Virus record (IMG/VR): IMGVR_UViG_3300045988_098044
Origin: a virus
Strand: one strand, 5' to 3'
DNA: 45,951 bases
The position numbers and the translations under genes were made by a program. This document shows positions 25,239 to 31,808 of this stretch, piece after piece; the stretch's first letter is position 1, and every line of letters begins with the position of its first letter. The notes beneath the pieces were generated by a model. The model was not told the origin of the DNA and ran no database searches. It saw nothing but the letters and a program-made list of their open reading frames with translations.

Positions 25239-25994
25239 ATGGCAAATACGGTAGACAAGCTTCTTACAGTAGCCAAAGGAGAAGTCGGATACTTAGAGAA
25301 GAAAAGCAACAAGAATCTAAACAGCAAGACAAAAAACGCAGGTAGCAACAACTACACTAAGTATGGAGCATACTTTGGCATTAATGGTACCGATGCCTAC
25401 TGGTGTGACATGTTCGTTGATTGGTGTATGGTGCAGGCATACGGCAGGGATGTAGCAAAAAATCTCTTACATGGATTTAGTGCATACACTCCAACATCAG
25501 CACAAAAATTTAAAGACAATGACCAGTGGCATAAAACACCACGGATTGGAGACCAGATTTTCTTCAAGAACTCTCAAAGAATCTGCCACACTGGGATCGT
25601 GTATGCAGTAACTGATGAGATGGTGTTCACGATCGAGGGTAACACAAGCAACGGAGAAGCAGTTATTCCAAATGGTGGTGCAGTGTGCAAGAAGTCTTAT
25701 GCTTTAGGCAATAGTCGTATCGCAGGATATGGACGACCTAAATATGATAACGTAAAAGTATCATACAGCATTGTAAAAAAGAACTCTTCTAAATCTGCGA
25801 TCAAGTGGTTACAGAAGAAGCTAAACGCAAACTGTACATATGCAAATAATCATCCGCTGTCTGTAGATGGTATCTGGGGAACTAAGACATACAAAGCACT
25901 ACAGAAGTATTGGAAACAGTTGGGTTGGAAGACGACAGGAAGTTACGCAGGAAAGAAAACTTGCACAGCTCTGAAAAAAAATAGAAAAAAGTAG
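25239..25994 (+). CDS. Endolysin: CHAP amidase/peptidase domain plus a PG_binding_1-like C-domain
   Basis: Catalytic-type Cys (YWCDMFV) and His (ICHTGIVY). C-terminal LSVDGIWGTKTYKALQ motif. Confidence 0.8.
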   Translation: MANTVDKLLTVAKGEVGYLEKKSNKNLNSKTKNAGSNNYTKYGAYFGINGTDAYWCDMFVDWCMVQAYGRDVAKNLLHGFSAYTPTSAQKFKDNDQWHKTPRIGDQIFFKNSQRICHTGIVYAVTDEMVFTIEGNTSNGEAVIPNGGAVCKKSYALGNSRIAGYGRPKYDNVKVSYSIVKKNSSKSAIKWLQKKLNANCTYANNHPLSVDGIWGTKTYKALQKYWKQLGWKTTGSYAGKKTCTALKKNRKK

Positions 25995-26111
25995 TTGCAA
26001 TGTCGAAAATGATGTGATATTATAATCATCGTTGGTTACGAAATGTTCCATTTTCGTTCCAACCAAAATTAAAGACAATTGAGTTTATGCGGTTTGAGAG
26101 CATTTTGACCC

Positions 26112-26158
26112 CTTGACTTTTAATCAAGTTGTCCGGGGTTCGAATCCCCGCACGCTCA
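26112..26158 (+). other. attP core: 3' 47 nt of a tRNA-Lys(UUU) (anticodon arm, variable loop, T arm, 3' acceptor strand, discriminator)
   Basis: CTTGA-CTTTTAA-TCAAG / TTGTC / CGGGG-TTCGAAT-CCCCG / CACGCTC-A. No 5' acceptor strand or D arm upstream. Adjacent to the integrase gene. Confidence 0.75.
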
Positions 26159-26166
26159 CTAAAAAA

Positions 26167-26200
26167 GCACGGTTGCCAAATGGCTAAATACCGTGCTTTT
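26167..26200 (+). terminator. Intrinsic (bidirectional-type) terminator: GCACGGT / ACCGTGC, A-run upstream and TTTT downstream
   Basis: 7-bp stem with a 16-nt loop; lies directly after the tRNA fragment. Confidence 0.6.
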
Positions 26201-26331
26201 CTTGTATTTATGCGGTTTTTAAGGGTATGACCTGTCTAAAAATCATACTCTTAAAAGTAATCGAAAGTATCTAAAGTTTAGGGAAGTATTTGTTCCATCC
26301 GTGTTCCATGTTCCATCTGTATTCCAGAAAT

Positions 26332-27510
26332 CTAAGATACCATTTCATTTAGTTGTTCCATTTTTCGTTCCATAGGTTGTTCCACTTTTTGTTCCAAATT
26401 TAAGGCATCATTTACAGCGGATATGCTATCTTCTTTTTCTAACATTAAGTGATTGTATACTTCTAACACAACCTTTTCAGAATCCCCTACAAGACGTGCG
26501 ATCATCTTTATAGAAATCTTAGGAAACTGGTAGCATAAGTTTGTGCAGTAATTGTGGCGGAAGATGTGGCTTGTTAAATCCTCAATAGGACTTTCACTGA
26601 CCGCCTGCATTGCTTTTATGATTCTACCCCACATCCTGCGGAAACCAGATTTTGTCATAGGTTTGTAATCACGATTTATGAATAAGTATTTCCTGCCATC
26701 TTTTCTAAGTTGTTTTATGTAACTAGAGATTGTATCGAATACGTTATCTGGTAACGGTAATGTTCTTTCTCCGTTCTGTATGTTTTTTACTGTTTTTTTC
26801 TTTGGTATGTTGTCTGATATGTCGTGTGATTTGTCGATAGATACTGTATGTGCTTCTAGGTCAAAGTCTGCTTCTGTTAGTGCTAAGGCTTCTCCACACC
26901 GCAACCCACAGCCGTAAATGATATAGACATATATTTTATCCATTAAATTAAAATCTGCCTTAAAAACGGCTTTCTGTTCGTCTGGTGTCAATGGACGTTT
27001 TTCTTTTGCTTTATAATTTATAGTTTCAAAATTGTTGAATATATCTGCAAATGATTGTGCGGAATAAATGCGATCACAGACAGCAGAGTGTAAGACCTGC
27101 TTAAATGTCATAACTATTTGTTGTTGTGTCCGTGATTTGCCTTTAGCACCGTTCAGAATCAATTGTAAGTGGCTTCGCTGTACATCTTGTAGCTTAACGT
27201 ATTTAATGCTGTCAAAATGGACATTAATCACATTGTCGTACATTTTATTTGTATTGTTAGCTCTGTTAGATTCTTTATATAAGACTTTCCATTGTCTGGC
27301 ATAATCAATAAATAGTATATCGGTGTCAACCATTGCTTGCCGTTGGTCTCTTAGTTGTTCATATTCTTTTACTTTCTTTTCGAGGTCCTTAGAGCTTTTA
27401 GCGGACCGCAGGTGTTTATATCTCTTCTTTCCATTATCCTTGTATGTGCCATCCCACACGTTAGTAGAATAGTAACCGTCTTTACCTTTTTTAAATTTAG
27501 CTGTTGCCAT
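26332..27510 (-). CDS. int: Tyrosine integrase
   Basis: 392 aa. C-terminal catalytic region with HIFRHNY.. and ..VLEVYNHL. AAGGAGTG RBS. Adjacent to attP. Confidence 0.9.
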   Translation of the reverse strand: MATAKFKKGKDGYYSTNVWDGTYKDNGKKRYKHLRSAKSSKDLEKKVKEYEQLRDQRQAMVDTDILFIDYARQWKVLYKESNRANNTNKMYDNVINVHFDSIKYVKLQDVQRSHLQLILNGAKGKSRTQQQIVMTFKQVLHSAVCDRIYSAQSFADIFNNFETINYKAKEKRPLTPDEQKAVFKADFNLMDKIYVYIIYGCGLRCGEALALTEADFDLEAHTVSIDKSHDISDNIPKKKTVKNIQNGERTLPLPDNVFDTISSYIKQLRKDGRKYLFINRDYKPMTKSGFRRMWGRIIKAMQAVSESPIEDLTSHIFRHNYCTNLCYQFPKISIKMIARLVGDSEKVVLEVYNHLMLEKEDSISAVNDALNLEQKVEQPMERKMEQLNEMVS

Positions 27511-27587
27511 TGTATCACTCCTTAGTTATAAATTAGTTAAAAATGGGTACAAAAATAACAGCCATACAAGAGTGGTTTTTAAAAAGA

Positions 27588-27615
27588 TTGAAAAATAACA
27601 TAGATGTGTTACAAT
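27588..27615 (+). promoter_or_regulatory. Promoter: TTGAAA, 16-nt spacer, TGtTACAAT (same class as 5509 and 9027)
   Basis: Read directly; it points away from int, into an intergenic region. Confidence 0.45.
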
Positions 27616-27671
27616 ATAAATGAATTTTCTATAATTTAATATTTTATAATCCAACGATGTTATGGAAAAAG

Positions 27672-27713
27672 GAGTTACCGATTCTTATTAGTCTTCACGG
27701 TGGCTCTTTTTTT
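27672..27713 (+). terminator. Intrinsic terminator (GAGUUACCG / CGGUGGCUC + U7)
   Basis: 9-bp stem with two G-U pairs, 17-nt loop, T7 run. Confidence 0.5.
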
Positions 27714-27719
27714 ATACCC

Positions 27720-27748
27720 TTGCGTGACCGCACTGTTAATGATACAAT
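27720..27748 (+). promoter_or_regulatory. Promoter: TTGCGT, 17-nt spacer, TGaTACAAT
   Basis: Read directly. Confidence 0.35.
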
Positions 27749-27792
27749 AATAGTTGGTTAGACTTTATTAAATCAAAAACAGTGTTTTTGGA

Positions 27793-27829
27793 GACTGTAC
27801 CACATTCGGGCGTGGTACGGTCTTTTTTT
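27793..27829. terminator. Terminator hairpin (GACTGTACCAC / GTGGTACGGTC) with T7 on the plus strand; lies 4 nt from the stop of the minus-strand gene
   Basis: 11-bp stem (one G-U pair), 8-nt loop, T7. May act in both directions. Confidence 0.55.
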
Positions 27830-27833
27830 ATTG

Positions 27834-28649
27834 TTATTTAACTTCCCAAGATTTACCGCAGTCTTGGCAAATTGCCATTTGTTTACTGTTAATATCTGTC
27901 TTAGATGATTTCTTTTCTTTGTATTTAGACTTTTTAGGTGTTAATGCCCACAGACCGCCCGTCGCTGCGATCATACCTGCACGCCCCAGACTGTTACCTG
28001 CACGAGTAACGACACTTTTCTTTCTCACTTCGGCTTTACCTTTAGTTTTAGCGGAATCCTGTACAAACTCATATCCTATGTTTAGGCTGTGGCATTTAGG
28101 ACAATATGGTGCATCAAGATAAAATATTTTATAAAAATCTTCGGCTTTTTTGCTGTCTACCTTTTTCAAAATCTCATAGTAAGCATCCCTAGACCTGTCT
28201 TTATCCGCTTTGATTTTGCTTGCATTAAAACCAAAATTACCGTTAAATTTACGCATTTCATAATCATAAGTTAACTGATTAATAGCATCATTTGTATAAT
28301 CAAGTTTGACAATAATATCTTCTTTTGGATTCTCTTCTGCCTTATCAAAACGGCATAAATAGAAGCTGTCTTTTGCTACATAAAGTATATGTGTTAATGT
28401 AGAAAGAAAACCACTATCTGTATATTTACCTGCTGTGATAATTAAATCACTAGGTTCATTAACAATACCTTTTTCTATAGCAATCTCAATCGTTTTTTCA
28501 TCAATTTCATACTGCGGAACTTCATTATCATCAGTAGAAATAGTAGCTAATTCTTTTAATATTTCCTCTGTTGGGCATCCACAATTTGGGCAAGCAGAAG
28601 CTTTTTCAGAGAACTCTTTCCCACATTCAGTACAAGTTATTAATGCCAT
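27834..28649 (-). CDS. Double zinc-ribbon protein with a central globular domain and a C-proximal hydrophobic segment; function unknown (lysogeny-module moron)
   Basis: CTECGK..CPNCGC at the N-terminus. CPKC..CQDCGK at the C-terminus. Strong AAGGAGGGA RBS. Confidence 0.75.
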   Translation of the reverse strand: MALITCTECGKEFSEKASACPNCGCPTEEILKELATISTDDNEVPQYEIDEKTIEIAIEKGIVNEPSDLIITAGKYTDSGFLSTLTHILYVAKDSFYLCRFDKAEENPKEDIIVKLDYTNDAINQLTYDYEMRKFNGNFGFNASKIKADKDRSRDAYYEILKKVDSKKAEDFYKIFYLDAPYCPKCHSLNIGYEFVQDSAKTKGKAEVRKKSVVTRAGNSLGRAGMIAATGGLWALTPKKSKYKEKKSSKTDINSKQMAICQDCGKSWEVK

Positions 28650-28730
28650 GTAACATCCCTCCTTTTATAATGTATAACAAGCAACGTGACAACCACAATA
28701 GCAGGCAAATCGCAGGCTAGAACCCACGGT

Positions 28731-28848
28731 TTTATGCGGTTTGTAAGACTTTTTGCATAGTAGTATGACAGGCAAATGACAGGCAAACATCAATCAACTA
28801 TGCATTTCCTTTTTTAAAAGTCCAAGAAACCACGGTTTTATGCGGTTT
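28731..28848 (+). repeat. Two further exact TTTATGCGGTTT copies (28731..28742 and 28837..28848), each preceded by CCACGGT
   Basis: Read directly. They lie in the 386-bp intergenic region upstream of the zinc-ribbon gene, which also carries a TGACAGGCAAA tandem at 28766..28787. Confidence 0.8.
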
Positions 28849-29035
28849 TCAGCACCATGCAAAAAGTTTTTTAAATTTGTGATTGACAAAACAATGTTTT
28901 TAGTGTATTTTTATTTTCTTTTATATAAATATATAGTATCTAAAGACTATAGTTATATATAACCTATATAGTATTATAATAATTAATATTTATATTTAAT
29001 TAAAAAGAAAAAAATAAAACAAAAAAAGAAAAAAA

Positions 29036-29470
29036 TTAGAGCTGTTTAAATGCAATTAGCTGAGGGGTGTATCCTGTCAGCATTGCAAGTTGCTCTTTTG
29101 TATAATCTTTGTGTTCAAGTATCACTTCGTCTGGTATCAAAAGTTCAGAAGCAAATGTCTGTGCTTCTTGTTCGATAGAGTTCTCATAACAGTTCTTGCC
29201 GAATGAGAAGAAATAAAAATCTTCTTTGTGCAGGACCGCATGACCTAACTCATGAGCTAATACTTCGTAATACTTTTTTTCGTTGTCTAATAATTTTTCG
29301 TTTATGTAAATAAAATCTCTTTCGTGAATCTTTAAATAGCAACCAGATATTTTTTTTAAGTCCCCAATCTGGATGATTATGTCTAATTCTTTTGCAAGCC
29401 TAACAGGGTTTCTGGTTTCGTATTTTTTAATCAAATTGTATACAATAGATTTAATTTGATTATGATTCAT
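29036..29470 (-). CDS. ImmA/IrrE-family metallopeptidase (HEXXH); the track start at 29491 is an alternative
   Basis: HELGHAVLH motif. AAAGGA RBS 9 nt before ATG 29470. Directly downstream of the XRE repressor gene. Confidence 0.8.
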   Translation of the reverse strand: MNHNQIKSIVYNLIKKYETRNPVRLAKELDIIIQIGDLKKISGCYLKIHERDFIYINEKLLDNEKKYYEVLAHELGHAVLHKEDFYFFSFGKNCYENSIEQEAQTFASELLIPDEVILEHKDYTKEQLAMLTGYTPQLIAFKQL

Positions 29471-29487
29471 ACATTCATATCCTTTCT

Positions 29488-29871
29488 TCACTTCTTTTTC
29501 TGTTCAAGAAATATAAGTGACATTTCATATTGAGCTAATATTGCGTCAAGAGATTCATCATCAAGTTTTTCCCCATCGTAGTAGATAGGGTGTCTAGTCC
29601 TGTTTTTAAGTAAATCTCTCATTCTCTCCAGTTCGTCTTTGATGTCTATTACACTGTTATCTTTTTCTTTTTTATCCTCCTCCTTTCCTGTCATGAGGTA
29701 ATCAACTGTTACACCGAAAAAATCGGCAATCTTCTGTAACTTTTTGATGCCTGGTTTACTTCTACCAACTTTCCAATCAGAAAAAGTTGACTTAGAAACG
29801 CTAGCTTCTCTTGCTACATCAGAATCTTTCAGACCTCTTTCGTCACGCAGTTTTTGATAAATTTCGTACAT
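29488..29871 (-). CDS. XRE-family (CI-like) repressor; start refined to ATG 29871
   Basis: HTH segment DVAREASVSKSTFSDWKVGRSKP. The longer track start (29925) would overlap the TTGACA of the rightward promoter. Confidence 0.8.
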   Translation of the reverse strand: MYEIYQKLRDERGLKDSDVAREASVSKSTFSDWKVGRSKPGIKKLQKIADFFGVTVDYLMTGKEEDKKEKDNSVIDIKDELERMRDLLKNRTRHPIYYDGEKLDDESLDAILAQYEMSLIFLEQKKK

Positions 29872-29918
29872 AAAGCACCGCCTTTTTAAAAAAAGTTCCA
29901 AAATCCGTACAAAAACTA

Positions 29919-29947
29919 TTGACAAGTTCTAGAATCCGAATTATAAT
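29919..29947 (+). promoter_or_regulatory. Rightward early promoter, perfect consensus: TTGACA, 17-nt spacer, TATAAT
   Basis: Read directly; lies upstream of the cro-like gene. Confidence 0.7.
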
Positions 29948-29957
29948 ATAACCATAA

Positions 29958-30060
29958 GTTCGGAAAAAAGAACAGCCATTGGTAAGTTCTTGTTATGATT
30001 TTTCTTTACATTTCATATTATAACTGATTTCCGAACTAAAATCAATAGAAACGTTCGGAA
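29958..30060. promoter_or_regulatory. Candidate operators: 8-mer GTTCGGAA at 29958 and 30053, and its reverse complement TTCCGAAC at 30029
   Basis: Three copies within 103 bp between the divergently coded repressor and cro-like genes; degenerate TCCGAA at 29935. Confidence 0.5.
30017..30045 (-). promoter_or_regulatory. Leftward promoter candidate for the repressor: TTGATT, 17-nt spacer, TATAAT
   Basis: Reverse complement read directly. It faces the rightward promoter, with about 56 bp between the predicted start sites. Confidence 0.45.
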
Positions 30061-30070
30061 AGGAGTAAAT

Positions 30071-30265
30071 ATGTATAAAAAATATTGTGCGTTAAGGGAC
30101 AAAAGGAATCTGACAGATTACAGAGTGTCAGAAGATACAGGAATTGTAAGGTCTACGTTTACGGATTGGAAAACAGGAAGAAGTAAACCGGGCATCAAAA
30201 AGTTAAAGGCATTAGCTGATTACTTTGGGGTAACAGTAGATTATTTCTTAGAGGAGAGTGAGTAG
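30071..30265 (+). CDS. Cro-like XRE HTH protein (paralogous to the repressor N-domain)
   Basis: STFTDWKTGRSKPGIKKLKALADYFGVTVDYF compared with the repressor's STFSDWKVGRSKPGIKKLQKIADFFGVTVDYL. AAAGGAG RBS. Confidence 0.8.
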   Translation: MYKKYCALRDKRNLTDYRVSEDTGIVRSTFTDWKTGRSKPGIKKLKALADYFGVTVDYFLEESE

Positions 30266-30403
30266 TGAAGAAAAAGAAAATGAGAAAGCTATCAAGGACA
30301 GCATGAACAACACAGGAAAGAAGCTTAGAAGATAGCAGAAAAGAGGGTGTATATGAATTTTGATGATTTGTTCTATTACCTAAATTACGGCAGAACGAGA
30401 AAA

Positions 30404-30440
30404 CAAAAAAAGAGAGACTTAATGTTTTTAAGAACTCTCT
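30404..30440 (-). terminator. Intrinsic terminator for the minus-strand gene 30486..30740
   Basis: On the minus strand: interrupted stem AGAGAGTTCTTAA/TTAAGTCTCTCT followed by TTTTTTTGTTTT. Confidence 0.55.
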
Positions 30441-30485
30441 TCTTCATACAGCTTATTACTGTGATTATTGCAGTGATAGTAATTG

Positions 30486-30740
30486 CTATTTGTATATGGA
30501 TACTATTAGCGAAATAAGAGCAATGATAACAGAAATAACAGACAAAACAGTGTTGAAAATCACAATACCTTTTGTCCAGAACCATTCTTTACGAATTGCC
30601 TTGATAAGCTGTTTATCATTTTCTAAAAATTTTAAAATTTCATCTTGAACCTTTTGATTTTTGGAATAGTCAGAAGATTTCATTTTATCAATGGTTTCTT
30701 CATCTGGTTTATCAAAATGCGGTAAAGGACTTTTAGACAT
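30486..30740 (-). CDS. Tail-anchored 84-aa membrane protein, counter-oriented within the early region (possible prophage-expressed exclusion factor)
   Basis: AGGAGGTG RBS 5 nt before ATG 30740. C-terminal TM segment IVIFNTVLSVISVIIALISLIV. Extended -10 TGCTATAAT at 30767..30759. Confidence 0.65.
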   Translation of the reverse strand: MSKSPLPHFDKPDEETIDKMKSSDYSKNQKVQDEILKFLENDKQLIKAIRKEWFWTKGIVIFNTVLSVISVIIALISLIVSIYK

Positions 30741-30784
30741 AGTACACCTCCTAAATAAATTATAGCACAGAAAGGAGTACAGAA

Positions 30785-30910
30785 ATGTATATTCCACCAT
30801 TTCAATTAGGAATATTTGTAGGAGCTGTAGGAGTAATTGCACTTGAAATCACAGCTGTATTAATCGACAACTACAGAAGCAAAAAGAGAAGAGAAGCACG
30901 AAAGAAATAA
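30785..30910 (+). CDS. Hypothetical 41-aa membrane peptide
   Basis: AAAGGAG RBS 7 nt upstream; sequence FQLGIFVGAVGVIALEITAVLI followed by a basic tail. Confidence 0.35.
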   Translation: MYIPPFQLGIFVGAVGVIALEITAVLIDNYRSKKRREARKK

Positions 30911-31026
30911 AAATGCCCCATGCGGTAATGGAACTACCACACAGGGCGAATGTAACCACTAACCATAGCTTAGCGGTAAGGAAATTATAACACAATTTTT
31001 TTAACACCGCAAGAAAGAGGTGCGGA

Positions 31027-31275
31027 ATGGAAGATAAAACAAAGCAGTGGAAAGACTTAGAAGAATACTTTGCAACAGAGGTAATTGAGCAAAGTAAACG
31101 GACAGCAAAAAGATGGTTTGCAATCTGGTTAATTACATTCATTGCATTGGTTACGACAAATACAGTGTGGATATATGTGTTCAACTCATATGAATACGTT
31201 CAGCAGGACGGAAGCGGAGTTAACAACTATCACACCGACATTGATGGAGACTTAGAGAATGGGACAAAGAATTAA
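31027..31275 (+). CDS. Hypothetical membrane protein (82 aa)
   Basis: AGAGGTG RBS; central TM segment WFAIWLITFIALVTTNTVWIYVF. Confidence 0.6.
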   Translation: MEDKTKQWKDLEEYFATEVIEQSKRTAKRWFAIWLITFIALVTTNTVWIYVFNSYEYVQQDGSGVNNYHTDIDGDLENGTKN

Positions 31276-31369
31276 AGCTAAGAAGAACGGCAAATACAAG
31301 AAAGTGGCGTTCAGACAGGCAGGAATGAAGAAAAGAGGATACTACCGCAGGAAGAAGCGGAGAAAGTGA
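31259..31369 (+). CDS. Hypothetical 36-aa highly basic peptide
   Basis: GGAGA RBS 8 nt upstream; about half the residues are K/R; fills the gap before the next gene. Confidence 0.25.
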   Translation: MGQRIKAKKNGKYKKVAFRQAGMKKRGYYRRKKRRK

Positions 31370-31376
31370 GGTAAAC

Positions 31377-31595
31377 ATGGAATACCCGAAACCAGTTATG
31401 AAGATGGGAGAGCTTGTGAAAATGGGGTTCCCGAGGTCGTTTCTGGATGAAGCTTATCGGGAACGTGGACAAGACTTTGCACAAAAAGGTGCTAAGAAAA
31501 ATTCTCCAATCTTCTTTGACACTGAGTTGTTTGAAAAATGGAGAGCAAGGAAACAAAGAGAAGAAAACAGAGCATTGAGAGGAGATATGATATGA
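31377..31595 (+). CDS. Excisionase-like / MerR-type HTH DNA-binding protein (putative)
   Basis: MKMGELVKMGFPRSFLDEAY...IFFDTELFEKWR pattern resembles Xis-type HTH_17 proteins. Confidence 0.4.
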   Translation: MEYPKPVMKMGELVKMGFPRSFLDEAYRERGQDFAQKGAKKNSPIFFDTELFEKWRARKQREENRALRGDMI

Positions 31596-31726
31596 GAACA
31601 GGAACAGCAATCATGATTCTGGGACTTGCTTTAACAGGTCTAGGAATCACACCGTTTGTATTCATGGCGTTCTGCACACTCGCAGGTCTGGCAGAAATTA
31701 AAATGGAGCGTGATGGGTGGAAATAA
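31592..31726 (+). CDS. Hypothetical 44-aa membrane peptide; start refined to ATG 31592
   Basis: GAGAGGAG RBS; ATGATATGA overlap with the upstream gene; two hydrophobic segments. Confidence 0.45.
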   Translation: MRTGTAIMILGLALTGLGITPFVFMAFCTLAGLAEIKMERDGWK

Positions 31727-31808
31727 AAAAAGCACCAAGACGTGCATGTCTAAAGTGCTTAACAAAAAATGCATAACAACAGTATAGCAGGAAAAGGAGA
31801 ATGTGACA

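Larger units (their letters stand above)
26084..26218 (+). repeat. Two exact TTTATGCGGTTT 12-mers (26084..26095 and 26207..26218) flanking the attP core
   Basis: Exact matches read directly; two more copies lie at 28731 and 28837. Confidence 0.8.
26045..26396 (+). repeat. Array of about 10 GTTCCA hexamers bracketing attP and extending into the integrase 3' end
   Basis: Copies start at 26045, 26056, 26292, 26303, 26310, (ATTCCA 26321), 26355, 26367, 26379 and 26391, all in the same orientation. Confidence 0.7.

Noticed and set aside
25995-26026. Possible outward-facing promoter (TTGCAA, 17-nt spacer, TGaTATTAT) after the endolysin gene, reading into attP
   Set aside because: It is a sequence match only, in an AT-rich stretch with a weak -10 and no downstream gene in the phage. 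It might matter only after integration, so it was not listed as a feature.
30353-30517. 54-aa plus-strand hydrophobic ORF with an AGAGGG RBS after cro
   Set aside because: Not listed as a feature because its coding region contains the intrinsic terminator of the convergent minus-strand gene and overlaps that gene's 3' end. It is kept only as a possibility (type I toxin-like) in the findings.
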